Source: Octopus bimaculoides (taxonomy: Eukaryota). Taken from it: a DNA stretch of 64,000 nt. Positions 11,591 to 24,684 of this stretch are shown here, piece by piece. Both the position numbers and the translations under genes were made by a program. The stretch is from contig NC_068985.1 of assembly GCF_001194135.2 (NCBI RefSeq), positions 13,864,071 to 13,928,070 of the forward strand. The letters run 5' to 3'. Positions within the stretch are counted from its first letter, which is position 1; every line of letters begins with the position of its first letter. The notes under the pieces were generated by a model. The model saw nothing but the letters and a program-made list of their open reading frames with translations, was not told the origin of the DNA and ran no database searches.

Positions 11591-12400
11591 CAATTTCCTT
11601 GCTAACACACACACACATGTAAAACCAATGGTTTTTTTTCAGTTTCTAGCAACCAGATCTACTCACAAAATCACAAGGCCCAAAGCTATATCAGAAAACA
11701 TTTGCTTGAAGTGCCAAGCAGTGGAACTGAACCTAGAACCATGTGGTTAGGAGATAAACTTCTCACCACACTGCTACACCTGCCCTAGAAAACAATAAAA
11801 CCAAAACAAAAAGAGAAGAAAGAAATTAATTCCGAAAGAAAAAAGAAATTATTAAATATCTTCATTGTTTTTTTTTTTTTAAACATCTTTTTATTAATAT
11901 AATTATTCAGGTATACAAATGTTTAGATGCTTTATTACGAACAAGAGGAGGATACAAAATTCAGAAGCAGAAAAAAATAAATATATATATATATGTCTTC
12001 TTTCAATTGCAAAAATGATAAAGAAAGAAAATAAAAATAAGCACGTTACAGGAAGAATAAAGGGAATATTGATGGTGGTGGTGGTAGTGGGTGGGGGGAA
12101 TCTTCAGNNNNNNNNNNNNNNNNNNNNNNNNNNNNNNNNNNNNNNNNNNNNNNNNNNNNNNNNNNNNNNNNNNNNNNNNNNNNNNNNNNNNNNNNNNNNN
12201 NNNNNNNNNNNNNNNNNNNNNNNNNNNNNNNNNNNNNNNNNNNNNNNNNNNNNNNNNNNNNNNNNNNNNNNNNNNNNNNNNNNNNNNNNNNNNNNNNNNN
12301 NNNNNNNNNNNNNTATATATATATATATGTACATACATACATATATATATATGTGTGTGTGTATATATATATATATGTGTGTGTGTGTGTATGTATATAT

Positions 12401-12697
12401 ATGCGTATAAGAAGGGACGACCACTAAGTGGACATCCGATATGCTAGAAAGAGATCATCAACGACCCAGCCACAAAGAAAAATAATGTTCTCCAGAAAAA
12501 ATTCAGCAAACACCAGAAGATAAGCGGGTACAATTAATTCTTTATTTTGTATATTTTCCATTTGCCTTGCCCGCTTATGTTCTGGTGTCTGCTGAATTTT
12601 TTCTGGAGAACATTATTTTTCTTTGTGGCTGGGTCGTTGATGACCTCTTTCTAGCATATCGGATGTCCACTTAGTGGTCAACCCTTCTTATATGCAT
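12401..12697. repeat. Fold-back element, ~130-bp arms, ~37-nt loop
   Basis: 12401-12530 is the near-perfect reverse complement of 12568-12697. Confidence 0.85.
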
Positions 12698-12923
12698 GTA
12701 ATACAATTTTTCTGAATTTTCAGATGTTTTTATATGCTAGGCCACTGGTTTCAAATTGATGTTAATTAAATTAATATTCAATTTATCACCCTCAGTATAT
12801 ATATATATAAATATATATATGTATATAACCTGTGTGATCCATAGGGATCTTTGATATTAAAATTGTAACCTTCTCATCAGGGAAAGCATGGGAATCATCT
12901 TAAACGTAAGACATTATGACCGA

Positions 12924-12967
<44 letters not shown>

Positions 12968-13579
12968 ATATATATAATAATATAAATATATAGATATATG
13001 CATATATAGATATATATATACACGCATACATATTTGTGCATACATATTACACAATATTTAAGGACAACAAGTTACAGGTCCCAAAGTGTAGATTTACAGA
13101 GCAAATCGTTTTCTTCAATCATAATGGCAATGTTGGTTTTAAAAAAACCTGATTTCAGCAGCCGTCAGCCAAGGCAGGTTTTCCCACCTTTGTGCCTTGT
13201 ATACTAATGCACAACCTCGAAGAAGAAAAACCTTTGCTACATGCATGGCAAAGTTAACATTAAATAATTACTACACGGGTAGTAAGGGTTTTAACCATGT
13301 TGTATTGCCAAGTGATAAGCAAGGTTTTCAATATTTAAATGCAGTAGTCTTTTCACTCTCCCCTCCAAATCAGAAACAAGCCTGCTGTCTCCACATCTAA
13401 CATAAACAATAACAATGATAATAATAATGAGAATAAAAGAAGGATTTAAAAAAAAATTTGGGGACAAGTTAACATTCTCTGGCTGACGTTTTAAAAAAAT
13501 ATACCCCCCAAAGCCTTGTTTACAGTGCAAACTAAAAAGGGGGACAACTAAGTTGTCCAGTTTGTCAGCCTTCATACAT

Positions 13580-13628
<49 letters not shown>

Positions 13629-15562
13629 TATATATCCATTTATATATATATATATGCATATGCATTTATATATATATATATTCATGTTTATATATATTAA
13701 TACAGTTATTATTTATATTAAAATAATGGGAAAAAATACAACCACCTGCATGGATTATGTTTATAACAACCACAAACATCTGTGCATGACAGGAACAATA
13801 TTTTTACATAACAATATATTTTTTTTGTCTTTATCCTTTATTTCATATTCATTTATTATTATTATTTTTTTTTTTTACTTTGAGTGAAATTATTAAATGT
13901 GAAACATTTTTATTCTTAACATTTCAAATATATTTCTTTTCCAATGTGATTTTAAAAAATTTATTTGCTTAATATTTTTTATCATTTTTTTATATTTATA
14001 ATATTTATAATTTGCTTTGATACTTGAAATAATTAAACTTTCAGATTTCATTTTGGCATTTCTGAAAGATAAGATGAATTATATTTATAAACCAGCATCT
14101 TAATTGTATCATGCCCTATCATAATTCTTTCTCATGTCTTTTTTCAAGCGAAGGAGAAGAAGAAATATTCTCCACCCCCCATCATTTACTCTTTCATGTA
14201 ACATGATTTATAATTTGCTTAAAAAATGCAAGAATTTCTCAAAAGATGCCTGATTGTATTGGCAGGCATTTCAGATATCCAGAAGGCACCATTAAAACTG
14301 AGACTTATTTTTTGCTAAGGTCAGAAGTGGGGGTTGTTTAAATTAACCTAATAGTAAGGATTCTTATATAATATGTGTATATGTGAAGGTGCATGGCTTA
14401 GTGGTTAGGGCATTCGGCTCACAGTTGTAAAGTCTTGAGTTCGATTTCCAGCTGCGTGCCGTGTCTTGAGCAAGACACTTTATTTCGCATTCCTCCAGTC
14501 CATTCAGTTGGCAAAAACGAGTTGGACCTTTAATTCAAACGAGTCAGCCTTGTTGCATTGTTTCACACTGAATCTGCCTGAGAACTACATTAAGGGTACA
14601 TGTATCTGTGGAGTACTCAGCCACTTACACATTTATTTCGTGAGCAGGCTGCTCCACTGATTGGATAAAACTCTTAACTCTTAACTGAAGAAGTGCCAGT
14701 GTGTGTATGTGTGTGTGTTATTTCTTTACTACCCATAAGGGGCTACACGCAGAGGGGACAAACAGGGACAGACAAACAGATTAAGTCGATTATATTGACC
14801 TCAGTGCATAACTGGTACTTATTTAATCGACCCCGAAAGGATGAAAGGCAAAGTCGACCTTGGCGGAATTTGAACTTAGAACGTAGCGGGAGATGAAATA
14901 CCCCTAAGCATTTCGCCTGGCGTGCTAATGTTTCTGCCAGCTCGCCATGTGTGTGTGTGTAGGATCATGTAGGCTTTGGAGAAAATGAGTTTATAATTAC
15001 ATAAGCTGAAGATAAATTATTTCCTCTTTCTAATACTATCTGTGCTGCAGTGTCACTGACTTCTAAGTCTTCAAATTTGATAGTAGCACATTTGTGGCCA
15101 TAAATTTGGTTAATTTCTTACAACTGTCAGGTTTCAAAGAGCATAGGAAGGGAAAAAAAAAGAAGGAAACTACCAAGAAACTGTGACTTATGTTGTTTCT
15201 CAATAAGAATATGAACAAGACATTGCAAGTGAAGGATGTTAATGATCTCAACGAAGCTGGAGATAAAGGAGATTATAACTACTTAATACACACACACACA
15301 CACACAGATGCGCACGCACACACACACACACACATACACACACATCATACAAAAATATTCAATTGCAATAATGATGGTTTCTGATTTAAGCATAAGACCA
15401 GCAGTTTTGCAAGGAAGGGGAGTAATTGATGCTATCAACCCCAGAAGGCTGAAAGGCAAATGTGACTTTGGTAGGATTTGAAACCAGGTCACAGAGAGTT
15501 GAAACAAATACAACAAAGTATTTTTTCCAATACTCTAATAATTCTGCCAACTTAAGGCCTTG

Positions 15563-15610
<48 letters not shown>

Positions 15611-15690
15611 ATAAAAATAATCATTTCAAATGTTGGCCCAAGGCCAGCAATTTTAGGGTAGTAGGTCAGTCGATTAAATTGACCCCAGCA

Positions 15691-16138
15691 CAGGTTGTCA
15701 TTGACTTATGACTTATCCAACTTATGATTGATCGACTTTATGACGATTGGTACGCCAGCTCTTGGCAGCAATAATAAATATTCCAGTTGAAATCTAAATG
15801 GGTTTAATTCCTTAGAAATTAACCCGTTTATGGATGATGTCAGCTAACAAATACTTCCCCTAGGTTTGGTTATTGATCCCCATTGGGGTTATCCCAAGTG
15901 TTGGATGAATATTCTGCCACGGAAACATCGAGGCAACCTTGCTTTTGTTTATAAGATGACTACTTAAAACTCCAAAATTTTGGACCAAAATTCTTGGTTT
16001 TATGCTGCGTGTGACTTTTCCCTGAGAATGTACTCTAAGAACGTAAAAATATAAAACAAACCTATGTATAGGCCTGTAGGCCGACTTACGACCAGTCAAT
16101 CAGAACCAATTGTGTGGTCATAAGTTGATGATGACCTG
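15691..16138. mobile_element. Tigger/pogo-like non-autonomous element nested in a SINE
   Basis: TIRs CAGGTTGTCATTGACTTATGAC / GTCATAAGTTGATGATGACCTG followed by TA. The interrupted SINE continues on both sides. Confidence 0.6.
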
Positions 16139-16269
16139 TACTTGTCTGGTACTTTGTTTTATCGACTCTAAAAGGATGAAAAGCTAAGTCAACCTCAGTG
16201 GCATCTGAACTCTGAATATAAAGAAATATTACAAAACATTTTGTCCACTGCTCAAACAATTCTGCCTTA

Positions 16270-16325
<56 letters not shown>

Positions 16326-16329
<4 letters not shown>

Positions 16330-16592
16330 TGGCTGAAGTTCAAAAGATAGTACTCATGGGAACTGCCCATATCCTACGTAAAATACTGTCTATGTGATCT
16401 CAAATTTTAAAACAAACACATAATTTTCTTATGGTTTCTTAAACATTCTCTAGAACAACACTATGTACAAATCCAAATATATGGTACCCTAGGCATAACA
16501 CCTACATGAACTTCTAGCTTGTTGTCTCTTGAGGTCTCTGGGTGAGACTTGGATCCAACTTGTACAAATGCAAAACAAAAGTCAAACATAAA
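16326..16592 (+). mobile_element. 3' end of an R4/Dong-like (restriction-like endonuclease) LINE within an (AAT)n tract
   Basis: MAEVQKIVLMGTAHILRKILSM* (16329-16397) matches the QKxVLxGTAxILR terminal motif of RLE-type LINE ORFs. (AAT)n on both sides. Confidence 0.65.
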
Positions 16593-16595
16593 ATA

Positions 16596-16665
<70 letters not shown>

Positions 16666-17437
16666 TGATGATGATGATGATGACAATTANNNNNNNNNNN
16701 NNNNNNNNNNNNNNNNNNNNNNNNNNNNNNNNNNNNNNNNNNNNNNNNNNNNNNNNNNNNNNNNNNNNNNNNNNNNNNNNNNNNNNNNNNNNNNNNNNNN
16801 NNNNNNNNNNNNNNNNNNNNNNNNNNNNNNNNNNNNNNNNNNNNNNNNNNNNNNNNNNNNNNNNNNNNNNNNNNNNNNNNNNNNNNNNNNNNNNNNNNNN
16901 NNNNNNNNNNNNNNNNNNNNNNNNNNNNNNNNNNNNNNNNNNNNNNNNNNNNNNNNNNNNNNNNNNNNNNNNNNNNNNNNNNNNNNNNNNNNNNNNNNNN
17001 NNNNNNNNNNNNNNNNNNNNNNNNNNNNNNNNNNNNNNNNNNNNNNNNNNNNNNNNNNNNNNNNNNNNNNNNNNNNNNNNNNNNNNNNNNNNNNNNNNNN
17101 NNNNNNNNNNNNNNNNNNNNNNNNNNNNNNNNNNNNNNNNNNNNNNNNNNNNNNNNNNNNNNNNNNNNNNNNNNNNNNNNNNNNNNNNNNNNNNNNNNNN
17201 NNNNNNNNNNNNNNNNNNNNNNNNNNNNNNNNNNNNNNNNNNNNNNNNNNNNNNNNNNNNNNNNNNNNNNNNNNNNNNNNNNNNNNNCATTCTCTAGAAC
17301 AACACTGTACAAATCCAAATATATGGTACCCTAGGCATAACACCTACATGAACTTCTAGCTTGTTGTCTCTTGAGGTCTCTGGGTGAGACTTGGATCCAA
17401 CTTGTACAAATGCAAAACAAAAGTCAAACATAAAATA

Positions 17438-17507
<70 letters not shown>

Positions 17508-18389
17508 TGATGATGATGATGATGACAATTATAATGATGATGATGATAAACGTTTCCAAAGAATTTAAAGACGAAAACTGTGGTTATTTTCGAAAATTAT
17601 TGATTCCATTATGTATTAAATTTTTGTTAGAATATAAAAGAGGATTCCTGTCTACACATTGACAGCTGGTGGCACATCAAGTTATATTGTGTCGAGTATT
17701 TAAACAATTGGGTCGGCAAAAACAACGAACATATCATTTCATTTTAATTGTTATCATTTGTTAAATCTAGCATTCATAAATATGCATGAATGCTAAACAC
17801 ACATATTTTTATGCATATATGTAAATGCTTGTGTAAATATGTGTGTGCTTGTGTGTTAACACACACACATACACACACACTCATATATACACATCATTAT
17901 CATCATATGTGTATGTGTGTTGGTGTTTGTACTCTACTACCACTTGCTAACCAGTGTTGGTATGTTTGCATCCCAGTAACTTAGCAGTTTGGCAAAAGGC
18001 ACGAATAGAATGAGTACCAGCCTTAAATTAAAAAATTACTGGGGTTGATTCATCTTACTAAAGTTCTTCTAAGCACTACTCCAGCATGGCCTCAGTCTAA
18101 TATGTGAAATGAGTACCAAATAAAAAAAAGATATGTACGTGTGCATATGTTTGTATATGCATGTATATAATTCTTCTTACAATGTTGCCATTGCATTTTG
18201 CACTAATTGATTATAACCAATATCAAGTTCTTTGTGGAATTCCTGTCTTATAAATCTATTGATTGAAACACACATACACATGCACACACACATATATAAT
18301 GTATATACGTACATCTATTTATCTATCTATCAATGTGTATGTGTGTGTGTGTGTGTGATTGCATATACATACATATATTTACTTTTTTA

Positions 18390-18588
18390 CTTGTTTCAGT
18401 CATTTGACTGCGGCCATGCTGGAGCACCACTTTTAGTCGAGCAAATCAACCCCAGGACTTATTCTTTGTAAGCCTAGTACTTATTCTATCGGTCTATTTT
18501 GCCGAACTGCTAGCTGACGGGGACGTAAACACACCAGCATCAGTTGTCAAGTGATACTGCGGGGACAAACACAGACACACAAACATAT

Positions 18589-18665
<77 letters not shown>

Positions 18666-18832
18666 TACAACGGGCTTCTTTCAGTTTCCATCTACCAAAT
18701 CCACTCACATGGTTTTGGTTGGCCTGAGGCTATAGTAGAAGACACTTGCCCAAGGTGCCACGCAATGGGACTGAACCCAGGACCATGTGGTTTGTAAGCA
18801 AGCTACTTACCACACAGCCACTCCTACACCTA
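18390..18832 (-). mobile_element. tRNA-derived SINE, family S2, with internal (TA)n/(CA)n microsatellite (representative copy)
   Basis: The same two halves are joined by a microsatellite at 40393-40790, 43685-44072 and 50320-50700 (all -) and 54370-54740 (+). Partial copies occur elsewhere. Confidence 0.7.
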
Positions 18833-18899
18833 TGTAAGTTCTATGGAAAGACATTAGTTAAACTCTCGGTTCGATAATGATATGAATGAGGAGTCTAAT

Positions 18900-19188
18900 G
18901 CAGGTCTTGTATGAGCATGTATATGTTAACTATAACATTTTTATACCCTTTTATTTTTATTTCTACATTTATTCTCCTATTTCCCTAAATACTCTGTATT
19001 TGCTTCCTTTTCCGAAATAACTCCTCCTCATATTGAACTCTAATATTTCCCTCTATTTAACCATCTCACATTGTCTCTGATGAAGCGATATCCCTAATAT
19101 CCCAGAAACAGCTGTAAGACTACCTTTCTCTCTATAGATGTCCTGAAAATTCCACGCAGCCTTGGCCTTGTTGTCTCATTTTATTTAA
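18900..19188 (+). mobile_element. Penelope-like terminal-repeat remnant containing the 19073 hammerhead
   Basis: CT/AT-rich segment surrounding a complete hammerhead. Boundaries are approximate and the PLE assignment is inferred from the ribozyme architecture. Confidence 0.4.
19073..19120 (+). ncRNA. Minimal type-I hammerhead ribozyme (unrelated family)
   Basis: GUCU-CUGAUGA-agcGAUAU(cccua)AUAUCcca-GAAA-CAGCUG-UA-AGAC. 4-bp helix I, palindromic helix III ACAGCUGU, GUA triplet. Confidence 0.7.
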
Positions 19189-19311
19189 CACACACACACA
19201 CACACACACGCACATATATATATCTCCATATATACATATATAGGAACTGTCCAACCCATGCTAGCATGGAAGGCGGACGTTAAACAATGATGATGAGGTA
19301 GGAAGTGTTTG

Positions 19312-19355
<44 letters not shown>

Positions 19356-20243
19356 CACATATATATCCATACATGAATGCATACCTAACTACCTACCTCC
19401 ATACATATATGTGTGAATATATGCATATATATATATATACAGAAACACACACGCACACATATATACATGCTTATATAAACGCACACATTCATATGCATAA
19501 TTTCAGGGCCACTGCTAAACTTGCCTCACATTTGAATTAAATGGTCTGTCTGTGTGTCTTTGGATGTACCAGCTTAATATGAGATCTTCCAACCAACATC
19601 AGCCATCACAATGCACTTGCTACATTTCGTCATATCCTATTATTAACTTCACTCAGTTCCTTGTCCCTGAATAATCCCTGTTGTACTATAAGCCATTTCT
19701 TAGTCCAATCCTGCTACCCCACTGTCCACCTCAGAACTGTAACCCTCTGGAAATTCATTCCTGCTTATCATCCACCTTTAGCTACGAATGTTTGAAAAAT
19801 ACTAACTGGGTTGCTAATCACATTATCCTCGTCCATTAAGCCCCTTCTTTTCTGATAAATGACAGAGAGGGAAACGGAAATTTGTAAGGTTTCATGAAGA
19901 TGTCCATGACATATGAGTGAAATGGTTCTGAACATGAACCAAATCTCAGTCTGTTACGCTGTTTCATGGCAACATAGTACCACCACATAATGTATGTGAT
20001 TCTGTGTGTCTGTGTGGGTGAATGTTTGTGTGTGTGTGTGTATATATATGTATCAATTGCATATATTTTGGTTTGGTTTGAACAGCAACCAAGGAATCTC
20101 TCAAACAGGATTCATAATAAAAATACATTCAAAACAATTTGGTTTGCAAAATCTGATTTTTACACATTTTGTATATGAACAGTGCAGCCCTATTTTCCTG
20201 CATGATAATAACAATAAAGATAATAATAATAACAATAATAATC

Positions 20244-20322
<79 letters not shown>

Positions 20323-20659
20323 GTAGGGGTGCATCATAGCGATGTGTTGAGAGGAATTCTTTGGGGTTTGAATAATTCACCTTTGAAAACATGGGTGTTT
20401 TGCTCAACATCCTTAAACGAACCTTATTCAGGGACCTTTTGAGCAGGATGGGCTACTTGACCTGAAGAAAATTCTAACTGGGCCCCACCTGCGAGGTCAT
20501 GCGCTGTTTATCTTGATATGAGATCACCATGTCAAGCACATATGCTTGTGATGCATGTGCCTGGTGCACCCTTATCAGACGGGTAGTCATGATGGGTATA
20601 ATGGGCTTCGTATATTTTACCCCAGTGTCACTTTGATGGCATGCACTGCTCTCTCACTC

Positions 20660-20721
<62 letters not shown>

Positions 20722-22050
20722 TAATGATTTCTAATTTTTGCCACAAGGGTTGCTTGGGGGAGGAGATTATGTCGATTACATATGTAACCTATTTAGTAGA
20801 TATAGTAATAATAATCATAATAATAATAATAATAATCATCATCATCATCATCATCATCGTTTAACGTCCGCTTTCCATGCTAGCATGGGTTGGACGATTT
20901 GACTGAGGACTGGTGCAACCGGATGGCTACACCAGGCTCCAATCTAATTTGGCAGAGTTTCTACAGCTGGATGCCCTTCCTAACGCCAACCACTAATAAT
21001 AATAATTCTGCCTACTATAAGCACAAGGCCTGAAATTTTGGAGGATGGAGCAGTTGCTAGCTGATTGCATTGCAGTGGAATTGAACTACGCTTTTAAGTA
21101 TTTTGTCTGATGTGCTACCAATTCAGCCAGCTTGCTGCCTTAATTATAATTGTAATAATGACAACAACAACAACAACAATAATAATTCCTAACATAGGCA
21201 CATGGCCAGATATTCGGAGGAATAATGATCAAATGGTGATTTTTCATTATATTAATTATAATGATAATAATCTTTTTTTCACTGCCACAAGAGGTTATTG
21301 CTGAGACAGGTAAGAAATAATTCCTGGCATTAGTGCAAGGCCTCAAATTTGGGGAAAAGGGTAATTGTTGATTCAATCAATCCCTAGTATGTAACTGGTA
21401 TCTATCTGATCAGCCTGAATAATGAAAGGCAAAATTGAACCTCGGTGAGATCTGAACTCAGTATGTCATCCATTACTCTTAGCAATCATTTTTAATAATG
21501 ATGTTAATGATGATGATACTGGTGATGGTGATAAATGACATATTTTATACTTTTGTTTTTTAATTTTTATATTTTACTTGGGAATCAAAATCTTGTTGAC
21601 TCTTCAAAAGAAGTTAACCATGAGAGATGGGTTAATTATTTAATCCTTCCTCTTAGTATTCTACTATAATCCAAAGCATTAGTGTAGCTAGAGTGTGTAC
21701 CACCCGGGCGACCCTTTCGTTTGCCATCCCCCGAACCCCACAAAAAACACATAATGCCTACAGCAGACCCAAAGGTGGTGTCCCTTTAAAAGTGCTGCCC
21801 AGGACAGACTGCCCCTACTGCATCCCCGCTAGTTACGCTGTGATCCAAACATAATTGATTTCTCACAAGAGGTGGGAAACTAAATACAATGTCCAGATAT
21901 TGTAACATTTATAATATCTGAACTGGATATTGCCATATTATGATATTGAACTATCTATCTTTGATATTAATTTAAGATGCAGTAGTTAATTATATAGTGT
22001 TGTAGAATGTTTTCTATCATCGTCATCATTATTGATATTTATTGATGTTG

Positions 22051-22760
22051 GAATAAAGATTGTTTACCAACATAACATGGCACATTTAGGATGAATGTTG
22101 CAGTAATTTAGCCCCAGGAGACATCGTCTCCACCTGGCTATACGACACGATCTGTGTCCTTTTATTTTCGAACAAGGGAATCTAGCACCCCCACTCAGCT
22201 GAAAACAATATCTGTGTATCGCGATTTCTGGGTTATTTCCCCTCATCAGCACAGAATAATTGTTTGGCTAGAGGTGGCACTGCCAAATTCCCGTTTGAAA
22301 TATATAGTTTTCAAAGTGACAACTAGTCACTGATCTATAAATTAGAAAATTACTATTTTTAAACCTCACAACAAGAGATATTCGGCAACAGTACTTTGGA
22401 GTAAAGATTGTTTGCCAACATAACATTGCAGTCCTGGTTTAGGACGAATGTTGCTGTAATTTAACCCTAGCTGGCTATATGACATGATCTGTGTCCTTAT
22501 ATTTTCGAACAAAGGAATCTAGCACCCCCACTCAGCTCAAAACTATCTGTGTATTGAGTGGGGTTGCTAGATTCTCTTGTTCGAAATTATAAGGACACAG
22601 ATCGTGTCATATAGCCAGCTGGAGATGATATCTCCTGGGGCTAAATTACAGCAACATTCGTCCTAAACCAGGACTGCCATGTTATGTTGGCAAACAATCT
22701 TTACTCCAAAGTACTGTTGCCGAATATCTCTCATTGTGAGGTTTAAAAATAGTAATCTAC
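22051..22760 (-). mobile_element. Non-autonomous Penelope-like/retrozyme insertion: tandem ~335-350-nt hammerhead unit plus 5' inverted arm
   Basis: Direct repeat 22051-22216 vs ~22390-22551. Inverted arms 22349-22534 and 22555-22756. 13-bp direct repeat TTTATTGATGTTG at 22038-22050 and 22761-22773. Confidence 0.72.
22211..22255 (-). ncRNA. Minimal type-I hammerhead ribozyme, apparently intact
   Basis: Minus strand: UCUGUG-CUGAUGA-G-GGG(AAAUAA)CCC-A-GAAA-UCGCGA-UA-CACAGA. 6-bp helix I, conserved core, palindromic helix III AUCGCGAU, AUA cleavage triplet. Confidence 0.8.
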
Positions 22761-23506
22761 TTTATTGATGTTGTTGAGTTGCCTGTGACAACTCTTCTTG
22801 AGTAGAATCATGGACAGTAAGGGAGACAAACAGAGCTCAACTCAGCTCTTTGGTAAGTGACGTGTCTTCATCCATCTCCAAAAGGATCCAATGTTGTAAA
22901 GGGTTGAAGAGCGGTATCATACCCTGCAATATTCGGTCTTGCTGTGTTTACTTTATGTTTCATGGAATTTCTCAATAAAGACAATGTAAGATTCCATCTG
23001 TGATCCTGCCTGGTGTTTTACCATGTTTGTTATTGCAAATACAGACAAAAAATTTGTATTACAAGCATACATACAGCACAAAGGAAGGAAAGCTGAACAA
23101 TTTTGGTCAAGAGCAAAGGTAGGTTAAGAGGAAGGTAGTTAAATTGGTTAGTTGTCGTTAATATATTTAATCCATTGACAATTAAAAGCTAACAAGAAGC
23201 CAAAAAAAATGAGGTGGAGTTTTAAAATGTCTACATAACCCAGTTACTTTTATTATTTGTATTAATCTGAAACACGTATATATATAAAAAAAAAAAGGCA
23301 GGCATGTTTTGGTATTATTCTGACCTCATCAATGAAGCATAGCCATCGCTATAATTGCTGAAATAGGTAAATAGGCTTGTTTAAAGATTAAATGATTCAG
23401 AATCTAATTAGAAATAAACAAAAATAATCATAGTCAACATGATTAGTAAAATTAGTTGGATTTAGGTTAAAGTAAGGACTTGAAAAATTAATTTTTTAAA
23501 AATAGA

Positions 23507-23541
<35 letters not shown>

Positions 23542-24456
23542 GTTATTATCATTATTTATTAATTTTATTCGTATTTGTTACATTTTTTTTTTGAGAGGAA
23601 AGGATTATCATTTTCTGTATTTGAATATTTTAATCCATTATTCCATATAGACACATATATAAATATGTACATATATTTTCATGCATATATGTTTGTGTAA
23701 ATACATATACACATATGTATATATATATATATATACTCACATTGATGTCTGTGCGTGTGCATGAGCACAAGCACATTATTTCTTTATCTATTTATTTTTT
23801 TTTTTTCTTTTAGCAAATATAAACGAATGAAAAATGACTAGAATTTCTGAATATAAGTAGATCTGCTGGGTTTCTTTTTATGAATTCACAGCTTATATAT
23901 TAAGTGGAAAGCATAAGGAAATGACTGATATATTTGAGTGGAGTGAAAGAGGCTGGTATAAAAGAAAAAGAAAAAAAACCCAACACTGACCTAGTTAGAT
24001 TCACACATGCAAACATGCTAAAAACAAATATGCATATATACATACATACACATATATGTGTGTATATATGCAGAGAAAGAAAGAAAAAGGATGAGAAAGA
24101 GAAAATGTATTCTCAAAGCAGTATAATGTATTTTTGTATAATTTGTTTCTTATTAAGATATATGCCTTGAATTGAATTGAATGTAGTTATCTTTAATTGT
24201 TTGCTTATTTCAGTCATTGGACTGTGGCCATGTTGGAGCACTGGTTTGAGCGGGCTTAATCAAATGAATGAAACTCAGTACTTATTCTGTCAGTCTCTTT
24301 TGCCAAACTGATAAGTCACAAGGGTGATCACAAACACAGTCACACATGCCCAGATGTGTGTGTGTGTATATATATATATATACATCAGAGTAAGCACATA
24401 AATGTGAAACAAGGTGGGTAAAAATAGTACTCGAATACCAGAGGTAGAGTAATATG

Positions 24457-24684
24457 CTTTATTATTAAAGCTGCAAAAAACATTACAAAAAGAAACTGTT
24501 ACTCAGAGTTTCATGTTTCTGTTTGTTGGAGAGTTTTGGTTGAAAATGGAACAAAAAATCAATTTTTTCTTCCATTAATTAACTTTTTGTTCCCTTCTCA
24601 ACCAAAACCGTCCGACAAACAGGAACATGAAACTCTGAGTAACAGTTTTTTTTTGGTGACGTCTTTGCAACTTTATTAATAAAG
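24457..24684. repeat. Fold-back element, ~100-bp arms
   Basis: 24457-24557 vs 24584-24684 form a diverged inverted repeat. Confidence 0.8.

Noticed and set aside
12860-12890. Minus-strand CTGATGA in a PLE-looking context
   Set aside because: No GAAA and no helix I pairing could be built.
17289-17545. Near-identical repeat of 16443-16689 across the N gap
   Set aside because: It starts and ends exactly at the gap edges with only a 2-nt indel; most likely an assembly overlap or allelic duplication artefact.
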